Part shown: positions 18,796 to 27,891 of the stretch, piece by piece
Numbering within the stretch: the stretch's first letter is position 1
Layout: the number at the start of each line of letters is the position of its first letter
From: a virus
Lineage: Duplodnaviria; Caudoviricetes
DNA length: 64,000 nucleotides
Reading direction: 5' to 3' (one strand)
IMG/VR virus record: IMGVR_UViG_3300044513_003764
Span: 14,451-78,450 of that record
The notes under the pieces: generated by a model
Database searches by the model: none
What the model was told of the DNA's origin: nothing
Seen by the model: the letters and a program-made list of their open reading frames with translations, nothing else
Made by a program: the position numbers and the translations under genes

Positions 18796-21700
18796 CTATC
18801 GCGCACGGGTGTACTTGAAGGGGTTTTCGGCGAAAGCTGCCCACACATAAGTAGTGTTGGCAAAGTTACTAGATTGAAACGCATTACGTATTTTAAATCC
18901 GTTTGATACAAAGTCGCCGAACGCGGCGTTCGCATCCTCATCCTGTGTGTTAGGTCGTAGATAGTCACCTACGACATTGTAAGGATTCCGTTGGGCATCA
19001 AGAATGATCCAATCAGTTGTATCAGTAGAGGCTTTGAATAGCAGCCACCGTGGTCTGAAACCTGTAGACAGGAACGGTCCATCTGAAGACCCGGTCCCAA
19101 CGTATGAGCCAAAAGCGCTAAAACCATCGACTGGGGCGAAACAAAGGGCCAAACAATTACCAATGACCTGGCCGTTCGTGCCAACAGTAAACACGTCTGG
19201 TGTTGGCTCCGTATTATTCCATCTATCTATACTCTGATTTGCAATATTATTTCGTTGCAGAATTAAATACGAAGTAGCAGTTAGGCTCTCATGGTAAACC
19301 ATCCAGGAAAGCGCACTGTCTCTATTTTTTACAATTATCAGGGCTGGTTTGGCTCCGAGACCGTGAGCTACAGTCACATTACCTGTTGACCCTCCGTCAT
19401 AAGTAACGACGGAGCACCCGGCACTGACGTTAGCTCTCACAGTAGATGCAACAGTCCCCGCTCCTGGCGTAACACCAGGCGTATAAGTGGTGTTAGACGA
19501 CCCAACATTCCAAATCCAGCCGACATAGGTGCCGCCGGATTGATTAGTTTCGAGACCAGAACCTGAAAGATTAAAACCTGTAGAGGTCGTAGATGTAATA
19601 ACGCTAGTTGTATCCTCTGAAAGTGCTTGGTTCGGATAAAGGGTTTTAGTTGCCGACGTACCAAACCCACGGAGAGCGTCGTAGAGGACATGATCTGCGA
19701 GAGGTAAGTTTCGTCTCTTAATCCAAAGAAGACTCGGATCGAACCCTGTTCCAGGTAAGGTTATTGTCTGAGCACTTCCTGTTCCCGAATAGGTGACGAC
19801 ATCCATAGCGGTGGATGAGTTTTTAATCAAAGGCTCGACGAGGTTGGCGGTGCAGAGTGCTTTGAAGCCTTCGGGGGCGGCGTGGGCGAAGGGGCGTTGG
19901 CCGAAGTTTAAGTTTGCAGTGCTATATGCACCGCCTCCGAGCTCACCAACCTCAGGCGAATAAAGTCCGGCAGACATACCAGAAAATGCTACGCCTTGGC
20001 TTGATCCATTCCTGTAAAAGGTTATCGAGAGATTCTGTAAATCAAGAGCAACACCAATTACATCGCCGCTGACCCAAGTATCTCCATACGAACTAGTGAT
20101 GTTGTTATTCATCTTAAGTCCATTATTTCGGTAGATATAACTAGCAGAACTTTGGCCAGGGATGCCAACTGTTCGTCCCACACCTAGAGCTCCCCAGTCA
20201 GATCCAACTACATTGGAAAAAGTCGCCTCCCAGTACCATTTACCAGAAGAAACAAAGAAAGTTGAAAGCGCGCCCGATGCTACGCTTGCGCTGCCTACTA
20301 AGGTGAGATTGCCGTTGGATATTGTTGTTTGATTGTTGGCCAGCGGGTTGAGCGTGCAATAGTTCCCGCTGATTTGACCGCCCAACCCGGTGTCACCGCT
20401 AGAAGCACCGGATGTGGGGTGATCTGTGAGGGTATCAGTGTTCCCATTAGAAACATATGTGTTAGGACCAACCACGTACTTGCCTACACCACCGAGCCAG
20501 GTATTAGCTACTTCAGTTAGTTTGATCGTATTTGTGGTCGAATCAACCTCAAACACGTTACCTGTACCAGCCGCCTTGGTTACTTCAGCAGTTTGAGTAC
20601 TGCTGGTATCCCATGACCCGCCTGTACCGCTCAGTAAGAGCTGATTAGCGCTAGGTGCGCTTCCAAGAACAGTACCATTAGGAATCAGATCAGCGTCTTT
20701 AAGAATCTGACCGTTTACACGGATTGCGTGCCAACGCGGGAAATTACTACTGCCACCGTAAAACTCTCGAACCTGAATGCTAGTTAGGTTGCCACTAAAT
20801 GGAAGGAGAGCTGTTACGTCGTTCCATCCAGCTCCGGTATTGGTAACCCAACCTGATCCATTGACAGAAACTTCGCTGCTGGTATTACCTACCTCCAAAT
20901 ACACTTCTAAACGTTGAACGTTTGAAATTGAAGTGTTATGCGTAATAATGTTTGTAGTATTACTACCGAACAGTGTTGCATAACCACTTGTGCTGCCGTT
21001 ATACAAGCTGGTAGGGTTAGTAACAGTAGCAGATGAGCCTCCAGAGGTTCCGGTAAGATTAGAGCTATAGGTAGGACCGGCAGAAGCGTTGTCCTGGTAG
21101 ATAGTATCTCCTGCAGCAAAACTTGAAAGGTTAGTAGAACCAGTCAGATCTAGCTTGGTGTCACCCCTTACAGCCTTAACGCCATCAATGTAATAGCCTG
21201 ACACATATTGATTAGCATTAGCAGCATAAGCATCTACAAGACCTAACAAAGTAGGAGTAGAAAAGGTGTGCGTTACTAGCCACGCTGAACCTGCCCATCC
21301 ACTAATTGGCTTTAGGACCGCAGTAGCTGTTGAGCTTACGTTAACTCCGTTAACATTTAACCTGCTTCCATCAACATTCCAACCGCTGCTATTATTGGAC
21401 ATGGTGGCCCAGACACCAATGCTAGTGACATACAGGCCCAAACTTGTAAAGTCTGCAGATGCAGTCGAGAGACCTGGACTCCAAGGCGGAACACTGTTGT
21501 ATTCAGGTCTAAAAGCGTTAGCAATTGTGTTGAGATTGCCAGTGAAAGTGGCATCGTTCTGATAATCTAGGCGCGTAAAACCAGAGATAGTATCTGAAGA
21601 TAGTGTCGTACCGCTATCTTGTGAAACAGCGTCAGAAGGGTAAATCTTACTAAGATCTTGATCTGAAGCTAACGTAAGGACGGTCTTAGCAGGAAGAATA

Positions 21701-22908
21701 GTCCAGTCGTTTGCGGCAACGTTTTGACCAGGATTCGCGTAAGCGTAGTATTGATAAGCGGTTGTTGAGGTTATTCTCCTACCTCTGTTTGTCTCGTAAG
21801 CAATAAAGTTCCAAGTGGCCCCACCATTATTTGATCCGTATAAAACGGCTGCCTGAGCACTAATAAGTGATGGGTATCCAATGGTTACTGCACTAGCAGT
21901 ATCTAACTCAAAATAAAGCCACGCGTCAGATCCCCAGTTAATAACTGAAGGATCGGAAGGGTTAAACGTTGAACCTACATTAATAACCTGATCGCCCATA
22001 TTAATGGCCGATGCCCAGCTATTATTTGGCGCACCAGCGTTAGATCCGCCGCCTCTACGGTTTTTAAAGGTAGAAACCGCCTGGGATTCAATAGTAACTG
22101 TGCTAATAGTATCTGTGTTAGCAGCAGTAACACCTAAAGGCGTAAAGTTTACCGCATCGAAATTATTACCCTGTCCACTACTATCGTAACCAAGAGACTC
22201 AATGGAACCTGTGTTACTGAAGGTAAGACGATAGCCGTTAGTGCCGTAGGTCAAACCAGAAAGGTCCGAGAGCGGATTCCATACGCCAGTGGTGGGGTCA
22301 AACTCACCGAAGTCGGTGGGGGCTAGCGCTTGACCGTCGATGAAGTTGATGTCGGCTAGGTAAGCGGATAAATAGACTCCCCGAAAAGTACCGTAAGTGC
22401 CAATGCCGTGTTCAACAGTCGTATTGATTAAGCTGTTAAGACTCGGAGACGGGTTTGTCCTTGTGCTGAATTGGTCTACTTCTACACCGTTAATGTAAAT
22501 ACGATGCCTAGAATCTGCAGTACCGTTGCTGGAGTCCCAGACAACAACCATGTGCGCCCAGGCTGACGGATCTCGAAAACCTTGGTCCGTAATCAAACGA
22601 GCTGTATAGGATCCACTTTGAATCTGAGCAAAATCAAGCGTATTGCCACTTAGATAACGTAAAAACTGACCATTAGTCGCTCCCGCGTCTAAGTAACCAA
22701 ACAAAATCTCGTTGACATCTAGCTTGGATTTCTTTACCCAAAAGCTAAGTGTCCACGTATTAAGGTCACCCTCATTTGCCGGGAAACGGCTAAGGTACGC
22801 GCTATCAGCTGCGTTAAACCGCAGCGATTTTTTGATTTCGGAGCCACCGCCGCCAGCAGCAGCTCCAGCAGCGCCAAAAAAGGGAGCCGACGCAGAACCT
22901 AATGCCAT
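18796..22908 (-). CDS. tail fibre / receptor-binding protein 2 (LamG-like, large central insert, SPRY-like)
   Basis: Same N- and C-terminal domains as fibre 1 (ends YVWAAFAENPFKYTRAR) plus about 550 aa of extra central sequence. Confidence 0.8.
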   Translation of the reverse strand: MALGSASAPFFGAAGAAAGGGGSEIKKSLRFNAADSAYLSRFPANEGDLNTWTLSFWVKKSKLDVNEILFGYLDAGATNGQFLRYLSGNTLDFAQIQSGSYTARLITDQGFRDPSAWAHMVVVWDSSNGTADSRHRIYINGVEVDQFSTRTNPSPSLNSLINTTVEHGIGTYGTFRGVYLSAYLADINFIDGQALAPTDFGEFDPTTGVWNPLSDLSGLTYGTNGYRLTFSNTGSIESLGYDSSGQGNNFDAVNFTPLGVTAANTDTISTVTIESQAVSTFKNRRGGGSNAGAPNNSWASAINMGDQVINVGSTFNPSDPSVINWGSDAWLYFELDTASAVTIGYPSLISAQAAVLYGSNNGGATWNFIAYETNRGRRITSTTAYQYYAYANPGQNVAANDWTILPAKTVLTLASDQDLSKIYPSDAVSQDSGTTLSSDTISGFTRLDYQNDATFTGNLNTIANAFRPEYNSVPPWSPGLSTASADFTSLGLYVTSIGVWATMSNNSSGWNVDGSRLNVNGVNVSSTATAVLKPISGWAGSAWLVTHTFSTPTLLGLVDAYAANANQYVSGYYIDGVKAVRGDTKLDLTGSTNLSSFAAGDTIYQDNASAGPTYSSNLTGTSGGSSATVTNPTSLYNGSTSGYATLFGSNTTNIITHNTSISNVQRLEVYLEVGNTSSEVSVNGSGWVTNTGAGWNDVTALLPFSGNLTSIQVREFYGGSSNFPRWHAIRVNGQILKDADLIPNGTVLGSAPSANQLLLSGTGGSWDTSSTQTAEVTKAAGTGNVFEVDSTTNTIKLTEVANTWLGGVGKYVVGPNTYVSNGNTDTLTDHPTSGASSGDTGLGGQISGNYCTLNPLANNQTTISNGNLTLVGSASVASGALSTFFVSSGKWYWEATFSNVVGSDWGALGVGRTVGIPGQSSASYIYRNNGLKMNNNITSSYGDTWVSGDVIGVALDLQNLSITFYRNGSSQGVAFSGMSAGLYSPEVGELGGGAYSTANLNFGQRPFAHAAPEGFKALCTANLVEPLIKNSSTAMDVVTYSGTGSAQTITLPGTGFDPSLLWIKRRNLPLADHVLYDALRGFGTSATKTLYPNQALSEDTTSVITSTTSTGFNLSGSGLETNQSGGTYVGWIWNVGSSNTTYTPGVTPGAGTVASTVRANVSAGCSVVTYDGGSTGNVTVAHGLGAKPALIIVKNRDSALSWMVYHESLTATSYLILQRNNIANQSIDRWNNTEPTPDVFTVGTNGQVIGNCLALCFAPVDGFSAFGSYVGTGSSDGPFLSTGFRPRWLLFKASTDTTDWIILDAQRNPYNVVGDYLRPNTQDEDANAAFGDFVSNGFKIRNAFQSSNFANTTYVWAAFAENPFKYTRAR

Positions 22909-22911
22909 CTA

Positions 22912-23580
22912 TCAAACTCCCTGGAAGTTTGCGGTAAGAATAGCTAAGAAGCCTGAAGAGGATGCACAATAATAAGTAAGTGCATCGGTAGATCCAGCAG
23001 CGGTCGAAAGGGTAGGCGCCGAACCGCCAGTAAACTGCCAACCACCGCTGTAACTGAGTAATCGACTGCCTGTACCGTCTTGGCGAACAACGATCTGGCC
23101 AGTCTGGCCGCCACTGGCGCTGGTAGGAGCCGCCAGAGTGTTGTTAGCGTCGTTAAGGGTGATATCGAAGTTATTACCGCTGCCGAAATCGAGGAAGATG
23201 ACGCCAGAGACAGTCGAGGTCGAGATCGTACCGATCGACTGAGACTGAACGGTTACGGGACCCGAGATAGGGCCACCGGTCTTGTCATACTTACCGCTAA
23301 GGTCAGTTAAAGCTGCGTTACCAGAAGCTTGAGCGGTAGCAGCATCGACAAGAGCAGCGTTACCGGAAGCGAGGGCGGCAGAGGCTTCAACTAAAGCTGC
23401 GTTACCGGAAGCTAAAGCTTCGTGCGCGAGCTCGCCGCTAGCAGAAGCAGCATAACGAACATCGAGTACGCCAACGTCAACACGCTTATTTAGTGTCCCG
23501 GAGGCTTGAATTACAGGGAAGTAGTCGCCACTGGCCAGCGTTGTAATCGCTGAAAATTGCGATATTTTTTGGCTGGCCAT
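22912..23580 (-). CDS. fibre-proximal adaptor-like protein with ASGNAAL repeats
   Basis: KISQFSAIT N-terminus, three ASGNAAL repeats, QDGTGSRLLSY domain. Confidence 0.7.
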   Translation of the reverse strand: MASQKISQFSAITTLASGDYFPVIQASGTLNKRVDVGVLDVRYAASASGELAHEALASGNAALVEASAALASGNAALVDAATAQASGNAALTDLSGKYDKTGGPISGPVTVQSQSIGTISTSTVSGVIFLDFGSGNNFDITLNDANNTLAAPTSASGGQTGQIVVRQDGTGSRLLSYSGGWQFTGGSAPTLSTAAGSTDALTYYCASSSGFLAILTANFQGV

Positions 23581-23582
23581 CG

Positions 23583-24059
23583 TTACGCAGTCTCTAAATC
23601 AATTGTAGACCCATCCTCCTGAAGCATAGCATCTAGGATTGCTCCGACGCTCGACTCCAACAAGAAGACAGACGTTGGGTTAGTAACAAAGAGCGGTCTA
23701 GAGGTTTCAACCTCAAGTTTTGTCGAGGTAATCGCTCGACCGACAATAGAAAGGTAGGCACCCTCGTAAGCAGTAAGGGCCAAGCCCGACGCCCACGCGG
23801 AATAATCAACGTTTACCCCAGAAGCTAGTAGGGATAGATATCTATACTCACCAGGGTTATATCCACTGCCTCCGCTGTAAATAGCATCAGCATTAACTCG
23901 AATTAAAGCGCCTGCAGATCCTGCATCAAGAGCGACGCCGACAACAGACGCTGTATCAAGCTCGAGAGCGTTCGCTTTAAAAAGTAGACCAGAGGAGTTG
24001 AGGGCTACCGCATCCCCAGCTGAGATTGATTCTCCCGCCTTAAAAGAATTAATAGCCAT
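23583..24059 (-). CDS. virion structural protein (DUF2190/cement-like)
   Basis: FKAGESISAGDAVAL...VVGVALD...IVGRAI pattern. Confidence 0.55.
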   Translation of the reverse strand: MAINSFKAGESISAGDAVALNSSGLLFKANALELDTASVVGVALDAGSAGALIRVNADAIYSGGSGYNPGEYRYLSLLASGVNVDYSAWASGLALTAYEGAYLSIVGRAITSTKLEVETSRPLFVTNPTSVFLLESSVGAILDAMLQEDGSTIDLETA

Positions 24060-24083
24060 CTCGACCTACTAGATCAATTAAGT

Positions 24084-24206
24084 CTAACCTTTTCCTTGGC
24101 CACGGGATTTTTTACGTCCGTGACTGGGAAGGCTGTGACGCCCTTGACCCTGACGGGTCTTCTTGGGCTTGGACTCGATCTGCTGAACGTTCTTGGGTTT
24201 CGACAT
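24084..24206 (-). CDS. small basic protein (40 aa), not in ORF track
   Basis: MSKPKNVQQIESKPKKTRQGQGRHSLPSHGRKKSRGQGKG*; KKTRQG...RGQG type recalled from cyanophages. Confidence 0.6.
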   Translation of the reverse strand: MSKPKNVQQIESKPKKTRQGQGRHSLPSHGRKKSRGQGKG

Positions 24207-24922
24207 TAGTCGACGTTGTTAACGGTCAGGATGATACTCGGAATGTCGGGGTGTGCTGGGACTGCGTGCCCGCTCGCAGCAAGAGCGACAACATCTAAGT
24301 CCTCAGAGTGCCAATAGAGTTCTGCAAACTCGTTAGTGTCCATAGAAAGCAAGAAGTTCCACGCGGCAACATTACGGTCCGAGGATCCCTCGACAACGAT
24401 AGTAGTCGCGCTCCAAGGCACACCTACACCGTTCTTGCTCAACCAAATATCTACGTCTTCCTTATTAGCACTACTCTTCTCTAGTTGTGCGGAAAACTGG
24501 ATGTTGTACACGCCAGAGTTAGCGACCTGGATCATCGATCCCGACACGACCGCAACGCCACGGGAATCAACAGTGGTGTTGTACGTGAATGCGTTACCGG
24601 AGGCTGCTGAAGGGTTTGTCTGTGTCGTAGTGTCAAAAGCGTTTAAGAAATACCGCTGTGTCGCTGGTGTCCCAGCAGCGCCGCTAGGACCAACAGCACC
24701 GCTAGGTCCAACAGCACCGCTAGGTCCGATAGCGCCGCTAGGTCCAATAGCACCACTGGGTCCGGTAGGACCAGGAATGCCGTTGTTGATCAGAACAAGA
24801 GTACCGTCGTCCCTAGTCGTATATAAGTAACCAGACGGAGTATCGAGTACGAGCTCCCCAACGGCGGGATCACCCGTAACTACGCCAGATGCAGTTCGCT
24901 TGAGACGCTGATAGTTAGCCAT
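24206..24922 (-). CDS. collagen-like tail/appendage protein
   Basis: N-terminal RLKR...GELVLDT (Mtd_N-like), Gly-X-Y repeats, C-terminal beta-sandwich (GVYNIQFSAQL). Confidence 0.75.
   Translation of the reverse strand: MANYQRLKRTASGVVTGDPAVGELVLDTPSGYLYTTRDDGTLVLINNGIPGPTGPSGAIGPSGAIGPSGAVGPSGAVGPSGAAGTPATQRYFLNAFDTTTQTNPSAASGNAFTYNTTVDSRGVAVVSGSMIQVANSGVYNIQFSAQLEKSSANKEDVDIWLSKNGVGVPWSATTIVVEGSSDRNVAAWNFLLSMDTNEFAELYWHSEDLDVVALAASGHAVPAHPDIPSIILTVNNVD
24665..24781 (-). repeat. 18-nt tandem repeat encoding (GPSGAI/V)x5 collagen helix
   Basis: CGCTAGGTCC/CGCTAGGACC units at 18-nt period; in-frame Gly-X-Y. Confidence 0.9.
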
Positions 24923-25827
24923 CAGTAAACACCTCCGTCAATGTCGATATCCACCCAGGATGAGCCATCCCAGACCTTGAGACGGTTAGTAGAGGTATCG
25001 AACCAACCAGCACCCTGAGTACTCGTCGCAGCAGGTGCCGCAGGTCCGTAAGCAAAGCTTCGAGAAGGTCCGGTCTCGTACCAGCCCGAAGTGGTTGCGT
25101 CGTATACGAACAACGAACCCATGAGGGTGTTGAACCAGATCGAACCGTCGCGAGGAGGTGCATTCTCGCCGGTACCCGAAGGAGCGATCTCCGACTTAAG
25201 TGCGATAGCTTCTGCGTTCGTCTGATACCACGCAGGCAACTCAATACCGTTACCCGAGGCGTACACAAACAGTCGACCTTCGTTGGTGTCAAACCAGAGG
25301 TCGCCCGCAGAGTAGTTTGTGCCGGGTGCACCAGAAACGGTTACAGAAGCACCGCCGCCACCGCCACCAGCAGAGGTTCCGCTGATGAGCGCGAGAGAAC
25401 CGCTGTAGTTGACGGAAACAGAGCCCTCACCCTCTGCATACAGGTTGAACTTAGTACCGCCGTCAGATAAGTAGATACCGGAACCAGCGGTATAGAGAAT
25501 CCCGGAAGCGGACGTAACAGTCGCGTTTATGACTGTGTAGCTACCGGAAGCGCTGAAGTAGATACCACTTCCAGCTGCGATATCTGCACCTCCGCCTCCA
25601 GCAGATATCCCGCTAATACTCGTATTTAAATCTTCGAGAGCCCTTACTACACCTTCGAAATTCCAGGGATACCCGTAAGGGCAACGAGAGTAGCTTGTAG
25701 TTCCCACGCCGCTTACGGTTGCAATCAGTTCTTCGATAACGGTGACGATACCTTCGAAGCTCTCAGAGTGCAGAGCCCGAGGAAACGTGCCGTGAGTTGG
25801 ACAAGGAGGCGAATTGATTTCAGGCAT
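24922..25827 (-). CDS. virion structural / tail-associated protein
   Basis: Repeated GDLWFDT, GSIWFNT and GWFDT...LKVWDG motifs typical of phage tail proteins; Gly tracts. Confidence 0.7.
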   Translation of the reverse strand: MPEINSPPCPTHGTFPRALHSESFEGIVTVIEELIATVSGVGTTSYSRCPYGYPWNFEGVVRALEDLNTSISGISAGGGGADIAAGSGIYFSASGSYTVINATVTSASGILYTAGSGIYLSDGGTKFNLYAEGEGSVSVNYSGSLALISGTSAGGGGGGASVTVSGAPGTNYSAGDLWFDTNEGRLFVYASGNGIELPAWYQTNAEAIALKSEIAPSGTGENAPPRDGSIWFNTLMGSLFVYDATTSGWYETGPSRSFAYGPAAPAATSTQGAGWFDTSTNRLKVWDGSSWVDIDIDGGVY

Positions 25828-25924
25828 TAAAATACAAACCCCTCCGTATCCCCTACTTTAGCGGATGCTACGCAAGAAATAAATTCTACAGATACAACGA
25901 AAGTTGTACCGGGAGAGCTAGGGG

Positions 25925-26083
25925 TTAGTTAACGGAAGTTTCAAGGAAGATAAGCTCGCCATCCCGCTCATGGAAAGCGAGTTCTTCAGCAAGTTTCCAA
26001 GCAGGTACACCAAGCGTAGAAGCTCTTCGACGCAGGGCTTCCCAAGAGAGCTCTCGAGGCGGCTTTAGCGCTGTCTCAGACAT
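25925..26083 (-). CDS. small hypothetical protein (52 aa), not in ORF track
   Basis: MSETALKPPRELSWEALRRRASTLGVPAWKLAEELAF...*. Confidence 0.5.
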   Translation of the reverse strand: MSETALKPPRELSWEALRRRASTLGVPAWKLAEELAFHERDGELIFLETSVN

Positions 26084-26525
26084 AGACCCTTGAAGAGTTC
26101 TTTAAAGTTTACCAAATTATGTGGAGTACAGTAACCCCACGGGGTCGTCTAAAAAAATTCCTCTTAAAAAAAATCCCCTGAAGTCGGGTTTGACGCTTAA
26201 TTGACCATCGAATAGAACTATTTAACTTATCTAAATTCGAGTGCTTTAATTATATACAAATAGTCTTAGTGGAAATAACCGACCAAATTTCCGACCAAAG
26301 GGAACTTTTAAAGGACCTTGACTCGCGAGCAAATGACGGTCAGAGTCCTATTAGAAAGAAGATAATTTTTACTGAACTTTTGAGCTTACCCCTCACTGCA
26401 TGCGCACCATGCTCTCCATGAGCCTCCCTCGCTTAAACGGTCACGTCTCAGTAAGACTTAGACTGAGTTCAATACACATGGACGTTTCTGGGGCTACTTA
26501 CTTGCTAGGATCCTCATAGAGACGC
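26084..26525. other. AT-rich non-coding divergence region (candidate origin, genome end or control region)
   Basis: About 440 bp without a convincing ORF; transcription diverges here; A tracts and a CCGACCAAA direct repeat at 26279 and 26291. Confidence 0.5.
26190..26218 (+). promoter_or_regulatory. sigma70-like promoter candidate
   Basis: TTGACG-17 nt-TAGAAC. Confidence 0.4.
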
Positions 26526-27230
26526 ATGGTTCTCATGGCTTTTGATCCGCGTGCACTGGCTCTCTTAGGTCTGCTTGACCTGAGCACATCAACGACAGGC
26601 TCTATGCCTCCCACGGGGATTCCCGAGGCGGTAGAGCACCGAGACCACTGGCAGGTCGAACACTTCAAGGACGTAGCGGTCTGGCGTTGCCGCTGCGCTC
26701 GCTCGCAGCCGATCGTCGTACCTCAGTCTCTAATGGGACGAGTCAGGCTCCCTAACGACCTGATCCGTGCTTGTGAGCTCTGCCGCGCCGAGCTCGAGAG
26801 CGCTCGAGGCAAGAGCGGCCTTCTACGCGCCTGGCTCGAACGAAACCGTGCTTGCATCGACAAGGACAGCTGCCTGCTTCTCCCGGACGATCTCGGCTTC
26901 TGCAGGGACAAGGACCGCCAGGCCTCGATCAGCACCCGTCGTTTCATTTACGAAAGGTTCCATAAGACACAATTAAGATCAGATGACTACGTGAAGACCA
27001 GCTGCAACGATGCTGACTGTATAAACCCTCACCATTTATGCCTGACCTCCGCCCCCGCCCAGAAGATTACGAAACGGATGCGCTTGATCATCCATCAGCT
27101 CAGCCGAGCTGGAGTTTCAGTCCAAACCACCCGGCAGCTCTTGCGCGAGAAATACTCAGTCGAACTTTCCGAGAGATCGATCAGACGCGTACTTACAGAA
27201 AACGAGCCGCAGCTAAGCTCGCTCACTTAG
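26526..27230 (+). CDS. homing-endonuclease-derived protein (degenerate HNH) with C-terminal HTH
   Basis: WRCRC...ACELC zinc motif; RRFIYERF...TSCNDADCINPHHL lacks the catalytic His; HTH-like C-terminus ...VELSERSIRRVL. Confidence 0.6.
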   Translation: MVLMAFDPRALALLGLLDLSTSTTGSMPPTGIPEAVEHRDHWQVEHFKDVAVWRCRCARSQPIVVPQSLMGRVRLPNDLIRACELCRAELESARGKSGLLRAWLERNRACIDKDSCLLLPDDLGFCRDKDRQASISTRRFIYERFHKTQLRSDDYVKTSCNDADCINPHHLCLTSAPAQKITKRMRLIIHQLSRAGVSVQTTRQLLREKYSVELSERSIRRVLTENEPQLSSLT

Positions 27231-27442
27231 TTTATGAGTTACAGTGCCTTCAACCTGCTGAGATCAGCGATGTCGCTGAAGCTCTAGGTCAATCACTCAA
27301 CACCACGCGGTCACAGCTCGATCAGCTACGCCGACTTGATCTTGTCGTCAGAACTCGGTTCGAGCAGCATGCACTTTATTGTTTAAATGGCCATCACCAC
27401 TTACTTATCTCCGAGATACTCCGAACGCTCGAGTACGTCTGA
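27038..27442 (+). CDS. winged-helix (ArsR-like) DNA-binding protein; start uncertain
   Basis: PAEISDVAEALGQSLNTTRSQLDQLRRLDLVVRTRFEQHALYCL wHTH pattern; the only ATG lies 193 nt inside the upstream gene. Confidence 0.6.
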   Translation: MPDLRPRPEDYETDALDHPSAQPSWSFSPNHPAALAREILSRTFREIDQTRTYRKRAAAKLAHLVYELQCLQPAEISDVAEALGQSLNTTRSQLDQLRRLDLVVRTRFEQHALYCLNGHHHLLISEILRTLEYV

Positions 27443-27485
27443 GTACCACCCAGAGCCTAAGAAGAGCCTCTGGAAAGCGGAGAAT

Positions 27486-27854
27486 ATGATCGACAACCTT
27501 CCTCCTTGGATCTACTCGTCCCACGAGGAACCAAAGTCGGTCCAAGAGTGCCGAGCTCGGATCAGCTCTCTCGAGTTCACTATTCGGGATATCGACCTTC
27601 AGTTCGAGATTCGGGAACTTGAACTCCGCACGGGGAACTCACGCCACAACTCGGCTTTTGACTTTGAGAAATGGCGTATCGGTGCGCTCCGCGCTAAGCA
27701 GACGCACTTCTACGTTCTGAATGCACTGACTTACTGGTTGATCCTGAATACCGCTGAGGAAGCTGATCTTAAAAAGAAATTCACAAGACTCACTCAGCTC
27801 CTAATCGAAGATCCTAAAGATTTTGTTCAACAAGCTGAAGCACTCCTAGACTGA
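27486..27854 (+). CDS. hypothetical coiled-coil protein
   Basis: Likely start MIDNLPPW at 27486, in frame with ORF 27387..27854. Confidence 0.65.
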   Translation: MIDNLPPWIYSSHEEPKSVQECRARISSLEFTIRDIDLQFEIRELELRTGNSRHNSAFDFEKWRIGALRAKQTHFYVLNALTYWLILNTAEEADLKKKFTRLTQLLIEDPKDFVQQAEALLD

Positions 27855-27891
27855 TTGTGTCAGTTGTGTAAGAACGGCCACGGCTGACTCA

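Noticed and set aside
14494-22908. Complete diversity-generating retroelement
   Set aside because: No reverse transcriptase, Avd or non-coding template repeat is seen in the window; kept only as an alternative in the codon-patch finding
24665-24781. Tandem 18-nt repeat as a contingency locus or non-coding VNTR
   Set aside because: In-frame collagen Gly-X-Y coding with synonymous divergence between units
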